NCBI GenBank assembly: GCA_964470105.1
Contig: CAYXZI010000004.1
Span: 5,271-69,270, forward strand
DNA from: an uncultured Candidatus Saccharibacteria bacterium
GTDB lineage: Bacteria; Patescibacteriota; Minisyncoccia; Phycocordibacterales; PALSA-1337
Reading direction: 5' to 3'
DNA length: 64,000 nt
Shown: positions 38,818 through 47,270 of the stretch, piece by piece
Layout of the letters: every line of letters begins with the position of its first letter
How positions within the stretch are numbered: the stretch's first letter is position 1
Position numbers and translations under genes: made by a program
The notes under the pieces: model-generated
Seen by the model: only the letters and a program-made list of their open reading frames with translations
The model's database searches: none
Told to the model about the DNA's origin: nothing

Positions 38818-38841
38818 TATTCAATTTTACTTTCTTTTAAT

Positions 38842-40722
38842 TTACTTCTTCTCCTTAAACTCTGCATCCTTTACATCTCCCTCTGGACCCTTGTTCTCTC
38901 CAGTTGGTGGTGTCTGTGCTTGAGCTTTGGATAGTATTTCTCCAATCTTTGATAGCTCAGATGATAGTGCATCAGAAGTTGTCTTTAGTCTTGCAGAATC
39001 TGTTCCATCTTTTGCACTCTTAACATCTGCAATCTTGTCCTCAATGCTCTTTCTAAGATCAGCTGGAACCTTGTCTCCTGCATCCTTAAGAGATTTCTCT
39101 GAAGTATGGATCAATTGCTCTGCCATATTCTTGGCTTCAATCATATCCTTCTTCTTTGCATCTTCAGCAGCATTTACTTCTGCATCATGTTTCATCTTTT
39201 CTACTTCTTCTTTTGAAAGACCTGAACTAGCAGTTATTTTTATACTGTTTGCCTTTCCTGTAGCTTTGTCTTTTGCAGTAACTGAAAGGATACCGTTTGC
39301 ATCTAGATCAAAAGTAACTTCAACTTGTGGCATACCACGTGGAGCTGGAGCTATACCATCTAGAATAAATCTTCCTAATGATTTGTTATCAGCTGATAGC
39401 GGTCTTTCACCTTGAGTAATGTGAATTTCTACAGATGTTTGGTTATCTGCTGCTGTAGAGAAGATTTGAGACTTCTGGGTAGGGATAGTTGTATTCTTTT
39501 CAATGAGTTTTGTAGCTACTCCACCCATTGTCTCTATAGCTAGAGAGAGTGGTGTAACGTCTAGGAGAAGCACTCCCTTAACATCACCGGCTAGTATACC
39601 TCCTTGAATAGCAGCACCTACCGCAACCACCTCGTCAGGATTCACACCTAAGTGTAGCTCCTTACCGAAGAAATCTTTCACAGCTTTTTGCATAGCTGGC
39701 ATACGTGTCTGACCTCCCACCAAGATTACTTCATTAATATCTGCAATCTTAAATGGTGAAGCACTCATAGCACGCTTCGTAATCTCCATTGCTCGATCAA
39801 TGAATTCACGTGTAAGCTCTTCAAGCTTTGCTCGTGTCATAGTTACAAGCAAATGCTTTGGACCATCAGCACCAGATGTTAGGAAAGGAATATTTACTTC
39901 TGTCTGCATAGCTGTTGAAAGTTCTATCTTTGCCTTTTCAGCTGCTTCATCTAATCTCTGTAGAGCTAGAGCATCTTTTCTTACATCAATTCCCTCTTGC
40001 TTCTTGAATTCTTCAGCAAGCCAGTTGATGATCTTCTGATCAATATCCTTACCTCCTAGGTGAGCATCTCCATCAGTTGATTTTACTTCTACAACATCAT
40101 CTCCCACTTCTAGAACTGATATATCAAAAGTTCCTCCACCGAAGTCGAAGACTACGATCTTTTCATCTTTCTTTTTGTCGAAGCCATATGCTAGAGCTGC
40201 AGCTGTTGGTTCGTTTATAATTCGTTTTACATCGAGTCCTGCAATCTTTCCTGCATCCTTTGTTGCTTGTCTCTGTGCATCGTTGAAGTATGCAGGAACG
40301 GTAATAACTGCTTCAGTAACTGGTGAACCTAGACGAGCTTCTGCATCTGCTTTCATTTTTCCTAGAATCATAGCTGATATCTCCTCTGGTCTGTACCATT
40401 TATCACCCATCTTTACTTCAATTCCTCCTGTTGCACTTTTCTGCATTTCAAAAGGAACAGATGCGCGATCCTTTTGTACTGCTGGATCATCAAAGTTGTG
40501 GCCGATAAATCTTTTAATTTGATATATTGTATTTTTTGGATTTGTTACTCCTTGGCGCTTTGCTAGAAGTCCTACCATGCGCTCGCCAGTTTTTGACATA
40601 GCAATGATGGAAGGAGTTGTACGTGCACCTTCTGCGTTTTCTAATATTTTAGGGGTACCAGCTTCCATCACAGCGACGGCTGAGTTGGTGGTACCGAGAT
40701 CGATTCCGATTATTTTGGACAT
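38842..40722 (-). CDS. dnaK: Chaperone DnaK (Hsp70)
   Basis: [18 protein letters not shown] and [10 protein letters not shown] motifs; 626 aa. Confidence 0.95.
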   Translation of the reverse strand: MSKIIGIDLGTTNSAVAVMEAGTPKILENAEGARTTPSIIAMSKTGERMVGLLAKRQGVTNPKNTIYQIKRFIGHNFDDPAVQKDRASVPFEMQKSATGGIEVKMGDKWYRPEEISAMILGKMKADAEARLGSPVTEAVITVPAYFNDAQRQATKDAGKIAGLDVKRIINEPTAAALAYGFDKKKDEKIVVFDFGGGTFDISVLEVGDDVVEVKSTDGDAHLGGKDIDQKIINWLAEEFKKQEGIDVRKDALALQRLDEAAEKAKIELSTAMQTEVNIPFLTSGADGPKHLLVTMTRAKLEELTREFIDRAMEITKRAMSASPFKIADINEVILVGGQTRMPAMQKAVKDFFGKELHLGVNPDEVVAVGAAIQGGILAGDVKGVLLLDVTPLSLAIETMGGVATKLIEKNTTIPTQKSQIFSTAADNQTSVEIHITQGERPLSADNKSLGRFILDGIAPAPRGMPQVEVTFDLDANGILSVTAKDKATGKANSIKITASSGLSKEEVEKMKHDAEVNAAEDAKKKDMIEAKNMAEQLIHTSEKSLKDAGDKVPADLRKSIEDKIADVKSAKDGTDSARLKTTSDALSSELSKIGEILSKAQAQTPPTGENKGPEGDVKDAEFKEKK

Positions 40723-40738
40723 ATTGATTTTATTTAAT

Positions 40739-40767
40739 TTGACATTATTAATGTTTTATAGTATATA
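40739..40767 (+). promoter_or_regulatory. Consensus promoter: TTGACA, 17-nt spacer, TATATA
   Basis: The -10 element ends 7 nt before ATG 40774, so the transcript is leaderless. Confidence 0.45.
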
Positions 40768-40773
40768 TATTAC

Positions 40774-40914
40774 ATGAGAAAGCTCTTTTTGGTAACCATT
40801 GTGCTTACTAATGCACTCTTTTCTGTGGCATCAGAGATCATTCTTTTTCTTGCATGTGCAAAAGTTGCACTTATTGCTATCGGAGTGATCTACTTGGTCG
40901 TAAACAAGGTCTGA
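40774..40914 (+). CDS. Small hydrophobic peptide, 46 aa
   Basis: MRKLFLVTIVLTNALFSVASEIILFLACAKVALIAIGVIYLVVNKV. Own promoter and terminator (40935-40971). Confidence 0.35.
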   Translation: MRKLFLVTIVLTNALFSVASEIILFLACAKVALIAIGVIYLVVNKV

Positions 40915-40934
40915 GGTACCTGGAACATCTCATT

Positions 40935-40971
40935 GGTGGCGAGTCTCTTATAGACCGCCACCTTTTCTTTT
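40935..40971 (+). terminator. Intrinsic terminator
   Basis: Stem GGTGGCG / CGCCACC followed by TTTTCTTTT. Confidence 0.55.
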
Positions 40972-41266
40972 ACATAGACGGCGCCCTAGTTGGTTGACTC
41001 ATTAAAAATTCAAGATAAAAATATGGAGATATCTTTGAAACAAAAGAAGGCAGATATTCAAACTCTGTAAACACTTTCTCCTTAAATTCTGGCAAGCAAA
41101 TGACTGTCTCCTTATTCTGTATTAAAGCCTCAGCAGATATAACATGAGGTTGAGGTTTACCATCTACATTTACTATAGTAAATCGTACACGAAATAGGAC
41201 ACCGTTCTTATCTCGAACGATTCTTTCAAAAATACTATTTATATTTTTATTCTGAGTTACTAACAT
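40970..41266 (-). CDS. Hypothetical protein, 98 aa
   Basis: ORF with no recognised domain. Confidence 0.3.
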   Translation of the reverse strand: MLVTQNKNINSIFERIVRDKNGVLFRVRFTIVNVDGKPQPHVISAEALIQNKETVICLPEFKEKVFTEFEYLPSFVSKISPYFYLEFLMSQPTRAPSM

Positions 41267-41414
41267 GTCTGTATTATAACAGGAATTTCAGGCTTGTCTA
41301 TATTTAATTAAATTTACTACCCATACCCAAACTTTTCATATCTCAAATCATTGAGTTTTAAATCATATGCAGTGGTATTGACATTATATACTATAGATGG
41401 TACTATTAAGTAGT

Positions 41415-41612
41415 ATGAATATTGCACCTTGCATTTTCCTCCTCATCATGAACTTCTCTGTCGTTGCTTTTGCCTACTTCTCATACGAGGAGGTGAGGGC
41501 CTTGATAAAAAGACGAGGTAGCCTACTATATTCACTGGTGCTGATAGCGGCCACCGTCGGCTCCGCATACATCATGCACACAGTAATTAAGATGGTCTAC
41601 ATCGGTCAGTAA
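41415..41612 (+). CDS. Small membrane protein (about 65 aa) from a leaderless start
   Basis: Promoter TTGACA-17-TACTAT at 41378-41406, with ATG 41415 placed 8 nt after the -10. Two hydrophobic helices. Confidence 0.35.
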   Translation: MNIAPCIFLLIMNFSVVAFAYFSYEEVRALIKRRGSLLYSLVLIAATVGSAYIMHTVIKMVYIGQ

Positions 41613-41676
41613 CAGTTCTAGGCTATCTATAAACCTAGTTTGACGAGCGCCAGAATGATCTGGCGCTCTTTCGTAT

Positions 41677-42219
41677 CTATTTTGTCTCCCCAATCTTTAC
41701 CTTAGGAGCTTTCAATACCTTACCGTTCAATTCATACCCCTTCTGAACTACAGTCGTAACCGTATTCCCATTCTTTCCATCCTCTATAGCTTCATCACGC
41801 ATAGGGTCAAACGGTTTACCCATAGGGTCAATTTCCTTTAGTCCAAAGCCCTCAAGTACAGTCTTTAACTGATTTGCAATATATTCTACTCCAACTCTCC
41901 AGTTCTTATCTACCTTCTCCCATACCTCTTTGTTCCCCATAGCCATATTGAAGCTATCCAGAACAGGTATTAGCTCACCAATCAAATTTTCATTTGAGAA
42001 TCTAGCAAAATCCTTCTGAGCTTCCTGGTCTCTCTTTCTAGCATTTAGAAACTCAGCCTTGTCTTTTTGCCAGGAATTAAGATATTCCTGCTTCTCTTCA
42101 ATAGCTTTTTTAAGCTTTTCCTTTAGTGCCTTTACTGATTCCATTGCATTTTCTTCCGCAACTACAGAATCATCGATATTTTCATCTTTTTCAATTGTGA
42201 TATCATTTTCTTCTTTCAT
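41677..42219 (-). CDS. grpE: Nucleotide exchange factor GrpE
   Basis: GrpE family pattern with coiled-coil N-terminus and C-terminal beta domain (LDSFNMA motif). Confidence 0.85.
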   Translation of the reverse strand: MKEENDITIEKDENIDDSVVAEENAMESVKALKEKLKKAIEEKQEYLNSWQKDKAEFLNARKRDQEAQKDFARFSNENLIGELIPVLDSFNMAMGNKEVWEKVDKNWRVGVEYIANQLKTVLEGFGLKEIDPMGKPFDPMRDEAIEDGKNGNTVTTVVQKGYELNGKVLKAPKVKIGETK

Positions 42220-42240
42220 ATAAAATAGTATACGTTAGAA

Positions 42241-42299
42241 TTTTAGATTTGCAAATATTTTAAGTTACATGGTATTGTCATATTGGTAACTGCAACCAT
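42241..42299 (+). repeat. 60-nt promoter/leader repeat, copy 1 (TTGCAA-18-TATTGT)
   Basis: Identical to 42783-42841 across about 59 nt. The palindromic TTGCAA at 42248-42253 also serves as the -35 of the divergent grpE promoter. Confidence 0.6.
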
Positions 42300-42344
42300 G
42301 AAATGCAGAAATTATAGGTGCTTAGCACCAGAAAGTATAGTTCC

Positions 42345-42710
42345 ATGAGAAAAATAACTATTGAGTCTGTTCCAGGTGGTATATCTGAGGCAGGCCTATT
42401 CACCGCAGTTGCAGATGCTGTCCACACACTAGGCAAGAGTGCGGACATTATAGTGTTTGTCGGGGTTTATGGTACGAATGATCCGGATGGCGATCGTACT
42501 GGTCTGCACTACAAGTTAAGGCTTGAGATAAAGGAACCAGCAGCCGGTATCTACTACGCACAGAAGGTTTCAGATGAGTTCAAGCTAAGTGGGGACCAAA
42601 CGACCGCTACCCTAACAATGGCGATTGTCGAGAAGGTAAGGGAGTTCATCAGCAATAAGGCTGCTTACCACTCGCGCCTTGCATCAGCATACGAGTCCTT
42701 ACGACAGTGA
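42345..42710 (+). CDS. Hypothetical protein (GC-rich); paralog of the 42839 gene
   Basis: About 121 aa from MRKITIESV. The ORF track gives a GTG start at 42318. It is preceded by a 16-codon uORF (MKCRNYRCLAPESIVP) whose stop overlaps the ATG. Terminator at 42735-42766. Confidence 0.45.
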   Translation: MRKITIESVPGGISEAGLFTAVADAVHTLGKSADIIVFVGVYGTNDPDGDRTGLHYKLRLEIKEPAAGIYYAQKVSDEFKLSGDQTTATLTMAIVEKVREFISNKAAYHSRLASAYESLRQ

Positions 42711-42782
42711 GGACGATATCATTTCTACATTGCAAAGCGGCAAGGTTTTCCCTTGTCGCTTTTTAATTAGCTCTTAAACCAT

Positions 42783-42841
42783 TTTAGATTTGCAAATATT
42801 TTAAGTTACATGGTATTGTCATATTGGTAACTGCAACCATG
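42783..42841 (+). repeat. 60-nt promoter/leader repeat, copy 2
   Basis: Perfect copy of 42241-42299. Here the ATG at the end of the repeat reads straight into the ORF. Confidence 0.6.
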
Positions 42842-43231
42842 GCACCTAAAACCGTGCCTCAAAGAGAAAGTGTTTGTATGGCAGAGATAACGATAAGGAA
42901 AAGTTTGGAATTCGATGATGAGATTTCTCAAAAGATTTGTGTGGATATAATTGACGCCCTTTCATACTTTGGGAATGAACGCCTTGTCATTGATCAGATT
43001 GATCTTTGGCCTAGGATTGTGGGAGATGAATGTGTCCTATCGGTCACCATTACCCACCGAGCTTCAGGGAGAGTAGAGCAATCTACTTTTGAACTCAACA
43101 ACAATTGGAGTCCACACTCGATCGCATTAGCAATCAAAACACACACAGGTATACCCCTTATGTCAGAGGTACCTGTTACCGAAAGGTTAGTATCGACACT
43201 TGGATCAATTCCAATTACACCGATTGGATGA
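42839..43231 (+). CDS. Hypothetical protein (GC-rich); paralog of the 42345 gene
   Basis: MAPK...MAEITIRKSL... The N-terminal region weakly matches the P1 N-terminus (ITI ... DAV/DAL ... FG). Terminator at 43249-43278. Confidence 0.45.
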   Translation: MAPKTVPQRESVCMAEITIRKSLEFDDEISQKICVDIIDALSYFGNERLVIDQIDLWPRIVGDECVLSVTITHRASGRVEQSTFELNNNWSPHSIALAIKTHTGIPLMSEVPVTERLVSTLGSIPITPIG

Positions 43232-43276
43232 TTGGTCCACAAACAAAAGCGCCTGGGTAAACCCCAGGCAACTTTT

Positions 43277-43687
43277 TTATCTCTTAGACCACTGTGGACT
43301 CTTTCTCGCTTTCTTAAGTCCGAACTTACGTCTTTCCTTAGCTCTTGGGTCTCTCTTTAGAAGCCCTGCCTTCTTTAACTTTCCTCTTAGCTCTTTATCA
43401 TATTCAATTAATGCACGAGCTATACCATGTCTTACTGCATCAGCTTGTCCACTTATTCCTCCTCCCTTTGTAACAACTGTAATCTTAAACTTAGTTTCAG
43501 TTAGTTTGGCCTCTTTCATTGATTCAGATGCCATCATTTGCAGCTCTTTTGTTGGGAAATATTCTTCAATAGTTTTTCCATTGATATCATAAGATGTCTT
43601 TGCAGCAGGAGTAATACGAACACGAGCAGATGCTGTCTTTCTTCTCCCTATAGCTTCTATGTATTTGTCCGCTTTCATTGTTGTCAT
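43277..43687 (-). CDS. rpsI: 30S ribosomal protein S9
   Basis: C-terminal PRAKERRKFGLKKARKSPQWSKR. Confidence 0.9.
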   Translation of the reverse strand: MTTMKADKYIEAIGRRKTASARVRITPAAKTSYDINGKTIEEYFPTKELQMMASESMKEAKLTETKFKITVVTKGGGISGQADAVRHGIARALIEYDKELRGKLKKAGLLKRDPRAKERRKFGLKKARKSPQWSKR

Positions 43688-43688
43688 A

Positions 43689-44057
43689 TTATTCTGTAAT
43701 TGTTAAATTTTTCATCATCTGCTTTCTAAGTGTATTTGAAGGAAGCATTCTGTATACTGCTCTCTCAAAAACCTCACTAGCTCCCTTTCTGTTGATTAGG
43801 TGCTCAAGAGATTCAGTGAAAAGTCCTCCTCTGAACCCTGTAAAGGTTACATATTCCTTTTCCTTCATTTTCTTTACACTAAAATCAGCTTTGCTTGTAT
43901 TGATTATACTTACCTTTACTCCTGAAACCTTATTTCTTACAAAATTTACAGTTTTCTTTCCAATTAGCAAACTTGCTGCTTCACTTGCAACTCTTCCTAA
44001 TTTCTTTCCTTGTGCGTCTATTGTGTGGTTCATATTTTTAATATTATACAAATTCAA
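43689..44057 (-). CDS. rplM: 50S ribosomal protein L13
   Basis: IDAQGKKLGRVASEAASLLIGKK. The start may be the internal MNHT, 8 codons downstream. Confidence 0.9.
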   Translation of the reverse strand: MNLYNIKNMNHTIDAQGKKLGRVASEAASLLIGKKTVNFVRNKVSGVKVSIINTSKADFSVKKMKEKEYVTFTGFRGGLFTESLEHLINRKGASEVFERAVYRMLPSNTLRKQMMKNLTITE

Positions 44058-44394
44058 TCAATGCCATTGGCGCTGCATCTAGCGCTCGTGGAGAAAGTTT
44101 AATAATACGAGTATATCCACCCTTTCGATCTGCATACTTCTTTGCAAGTGTATCAAAAAGAACTTTTGCTTCCTTTTCTCCATCTAGCTTTGAAATTACT
44201 ACTCGTCTAGAAGCAACAGTACCTGTCTTTGCTTTTGTTACAAGCTTCTCGACATAAGGTCTTAATTCCTTAGCTTTAGCTAGAGTTGTCTTTATACGAC
44301 TCTCATTAATTAGATTTCTAGCCAAAGATCTCATTAATGCATTACGTGCATCTTTTTCTAGTCCGAATTTTCTTTTTACTGAATGGTGTCTCAT
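44044..44394 (-). CDS. rplQ: 50S ribosomal protein L17
   Basis: MRHHSVKRKFGLEKDARNALMRSLARNLI. Confidence 0.9.
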   Translation of the reverse strand: MRHHSVKRKFGLEKDARNALMRSLARNLINESRIKTTLAKAKELRPYVEKLVTKAKTGTVASRRVVISKLDGEKEAKVLFDTLAKKYADRKGGYTRIIKLSPRALDAAPMALIEFV

Positions 44395-44398
44395 ATTA

Positions 44399-45364
44399 TT
44401 ATTTTAATGTAATTCCGTATTGTGACAATACCTTCTTAATCTCCTGTATACCCTTACTTCCTAGACCTTCGATATCTAGGATGTCTACCTCCTTCTTTCT
44501 TGCTAATCCACCAATTGTTCTTATATTGGCACTTGTAAGAGCTTTTGTTGTTCTTGGTGAAAGACCAATTGCATCGATTCTAGTCTTAAGGAATTCGACG
44601 TCCATTTCTTGCTTTGGTGTATCACTAGAATTTTCAGATACTTCCTCCTTTGTGTCTTCTACAATTTCCTCTTCCTTGAATCCAACAATTGACTTAAGTT
44701 GCATGATCATAAGCTTGATTGAGTCCTCAAGAGCTTCTCTTGCAGTTAAAGTACCATCTGTCTCAATTGAGATTCTTAGACGATTGAAGTCTGTTCTGTC
44801 TCCAACACGCATATTTTCAACTTCATAGTTTACTTTCTTGATTGGAGTAAAGGTTGCATCAAGAGATATAGTTCCGATATCAACACGATCCTTTGTTAGG
44901 ATATCCTTTGATACATAACCGAGTCCTTTTTCTACTGAGATCTCCATATCAAATTCTGAAGACTTGTCTGTAAGAGTCGCGATATGTAGATCTGGATTCA
45001 AAATTTCTACCTGTCCAGGTACTGTTATATCCTTAGCAGTTAATGTCTTAACACCCTTTGCCTTTAGTGTAATTGTTTGTGGCTCATCAGTTATTATCTT
45101 AATTCTTAGCTTCTTTAAATTTAGAAGTATAGCGATAACATCCTCTTTTACTCCCTCAATAGTTGAGAACTCATGCTCTGCTCCCTTTATCTTTACTCTT
45201 GTAACTGCTGCACCAGGAAGTGATGAAAGAATTATTCTTCTAAGTGAATTACCTAGTGTGTGTCCGTATCCAGGATATAGGCCGTCAATTTCGTATATAC
45301 CACTAAAACCCTCCTCTCGGATTATCTTCGGCTTTGATGGAACAATGATTGAATGATTTGACAT
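44399..45364 (-). CDS. rpoA: DNA-directed RNA polymerase alpha subunit
   Basis: N-terminal domain plus C-terminal HhH domain; 321 aa. Confidence 0.95.
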   Translation of the reverse strand: MSNHSIIVPSKPKIIREEGFSGIYEIDGLYPGYGHTLGNSLRRIILSSLPGAAVTRVKIKGAEHEFSTIEGVKEDVIAILLNLKKLRIKIITDEPQTITLKAKGVKTLTAKDITVPGQVEILNPDLHIATLTDKSSEFDMEISVEKGLGYVSKDILTKDRVDIGTISLDATFTPIKKVNYEVENMRVGDRTDFNRLRISIETDGTLTAREALEDSIKLMIMQLKSIVGFKEEEIVEDTKEEVSENSSDTPKQEMDVEFLKTRIDAIGLSPRTTKALTSANIRTIGGLARKKEVDILDIEGLGSKGIQEIKKVLSQYGITLK

Positions 45365-45385
45365 ATATTTTTTATTAAAATTTAA

Positions 45386-45997
45386 TTAACGACTATAAAA
45401 TTCCAAAACTGCTCCTACATTAAACATCAGCTCCGTCGGTGCAACATGCGGTATACCCTCAACCGTAACTTCCTTCTTATCAAAATTGAGTTTCAACCAT
45501 GATGGAATTTTAATTGTCTTTAGTCTTTCATCTAGAGTATTGAATAGGGCTTTCTTTTTACTTCCTTCACGAATACCTATAACATCACCTACTTTCACTT
45601 GGTATGAAGGTATAGTTACAATCTTTCCATTAATTGTTAGGTGGCCGTGAGATGTAACCTGTCTAGCGGCCTGGCGTGTAGTTGCAAATCCTGCTCTTAG
45701 GGCAACATTGTCGAATCTACCCTCTAGGAGATTAATGAGTTTTTCACTTGAATTACCCTTTGATTCTGTAGCTTTGATAATATAATTACCAAATTGCTTA
45801 CTTGTTATACCATAGCTATATCTTGCCTTCTGTTTTTCCAAAAGTCCTAGACCGTAATCACTCTTTGTTCTAGGTTTAGATGATTTACTAGCAGCTTTCT
45901 TTTGCTCTGTTCGCACAGCAAATTTCTGTGTCTGAGTTTTCTCAAAAACACTCACCCCTAGTCTTCTTGCAATTTTATATCTTGGTCCAATTTTCAT
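45386..45997 (-). CDS. rpsD: 30S ribosomal protein S4
   Basis: MKIGPRYKIARRLG and the S4 domain. Confidence 0.95.
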   Translation of the reverse strand: MKIGPRYKIARRLGVSVFEKTQTQKFAVRTEQKKAASKSSKPRTKSDYGLGLLEKQKARYSYGITSKQFGNYIIKATESKGNSSEKLINLLEGRFDNVALRAGFATTRQAARQVTSHGHLTINGKIVTIPSYQVKVGDVIGIREGSKKKALFNTLDERLKTIKIPSWLKLNFDKKEVTVEGIPHVAPTELMFNVGAVLEFYSR

Positions 45998-46009
45998 AAA
46001 AATTAATTA

Positions 46010-46438
46010 TTATACTCGTCTCGGCTTCTTAGGCTGAGGTCCATTATGAGGTACTGGTGTTTCATCTTTAATTGATGAGATATTTACACCTCGAGAAATA
46101 AATCCTCGGATTGCTGATTCTCGACCTGAACCTACTCCCTTTACTATTACCTGAATATCTTTTAGACCTAGAGTCTCTGCCTTAAGAGCTAGAGTTTCTC
46201 CAACCTTTGCAGCTGCGAAAGGTGTACCTTTCTTAGCGCCCTTAAATCCTAGGGTTCCACATGATGACCATAGTACAGCGTTTCCATCTGTGTCAGTTAG
46301 AAGAACCTTAGTATTGTTATATGTAGACTGAACATGCAAAATACCAGAATCCAAACGCTTCTTACTTGAAGAATTTACCTTTGGAGCCTTCTCCTTTGAT
46401 TCTGAACTTTCGGTTGTAACAGTTGTCTTTTTTGCCAT
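46010..46438 (-). CDS. rpsK: 30S ribosomal protein S11
   Basis: S11 signature. Confidence 0.95.
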   Translation of the reverse strand: MAKKTTVTTESSESKEKAPKVNSSSKKRLDSGILHVQSTYNNTKVLLTDTDGNAVLWSSCGTLGFKGAKKGTPFAAAKVGETLALKAETLGLKDIQVIVKGVGSGRESAIRGFISRGVNISSIKDETPVPHNGPQPKKPRRV

Positions 46439-46450
46439 GTTATTTATTTA

Positions 46451-46831
46451 TTATTTCTTCTCTTCCTTTTTTCTACCTGAACCCATAGTCTTTCTGATGT
46501 TACCACGTACAGTTCTTGAATTAGTTTTTGTTCTCTGACCCCTTACTGGAAGGTGTCTTGCATGACGCATACCTCTATATGTCTTAATATCTTTATGTCT
46601 CTTTATATTTGATGCGACCTCACGCTTAAGGTCTCCCTCAATTTTAAATGACTCGATAATCTTTCTGATCTCATTTTCCTGATCAACAGAGAGATCCTTT
46701 GATTTAATTTTTGGATCAATTTTAGCCTGAACTAGTATATCCTTTGCACGTGATCTACCAACACCGTATAGAACAGTGAGTGCAATATCAAGTCTTTTTG
46801 TATCTGGAATTGTTATACCGAGTATTCTCAT
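46451..46831 (-). CDS. rpsM: 30S ribosomal protein S13
   Basis: MRILGITIPDTKRL. Confidence 0.95.
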   Translation of the reverse strand: MRILGITIPDTKRLDIALTVLYGVGRSRAKDILVQAKIDPKIKSKDLSVDQENEIRKIIESFKIEGDLKREVASNIKRHKDIKTYRGMRHARHLPVRGQRTKTNSRTVRGNIRKTMGSGRKKEEKK

Positions 46832-46842
46832 GTTTATGATTA

Positions 46843-46959
46843 TTAGCCTTGTCTTTGTTTATGTCTAGGGTTAGCTTTGCATATAACATATACATAGCTC
46901 TTTCTTCGAACTACTTTACATTTTGGACAAATTTTCTTTACTGATGCCTTGACCTTCAT
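46843..46959 (-). CDS. rpmJ: 50S ribosomal protein L36
   Basis: Manual translation gives [38 protein letters not shown]. Below the ORF-track length cutoff. Confidence 0.85.
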   Translation of the reverse strand: MKVKASVKKICPKCKVVRRKSYVYVICKANPRHKQRQG

Positions 46960-46986
46960 TTTTATTTAAAATTTTAGGTATTACTA

Positions 46987-47226
46987 TTAAAATCTTTTTG
47001 TAATGCGCGCTCTGCCTCCATACGGATCTAATTCTAGTTCTACCTTATCTCCAATCAGCACTCTAATACGATGCATTCGCATTTTACCTGCTAAATACGC
47101 AAGCTGTACTTCTTCCTTACCATCAATTTTTACCCTAAACAAAGTATCTGGTAATGCCTCGGTTACTACACCGAATGCAGTGGTTGTTGACTTTTGTTTA
47201 GAGCTATTATTGATCTTGGAATCCAT
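46987..47226 (-). CDS. infA: Translation initiation factor IF-1
   Basis: S1-like OB fold; C-terminal HRIRVLIGDKVELELDPYGGRARITKRF. Confidence 0.9.
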   Translation of the reverse strand: MDSKINNSSKQKSTTTAFGVVTEALPDTLFRVKIDGKEEVQLAYLAGKMRMHRIRVLIGDKVELELDPYGGRARITKRF

Positions 47227-47270
47227 TAAATTTCGCGTTTATCTATACTACCAGAAGTACTGGTTAAAAG

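Noticed and set aside
42220-42345. CIRCE heat-shock operator upstream of grpE
   Set aside because: TTAGCACC occurs at about 42320 but there is no inverted GAGTGCTAA partner 9 nt away. The sequence GGTGCTTAGCACC is a different, shorter palindrome.
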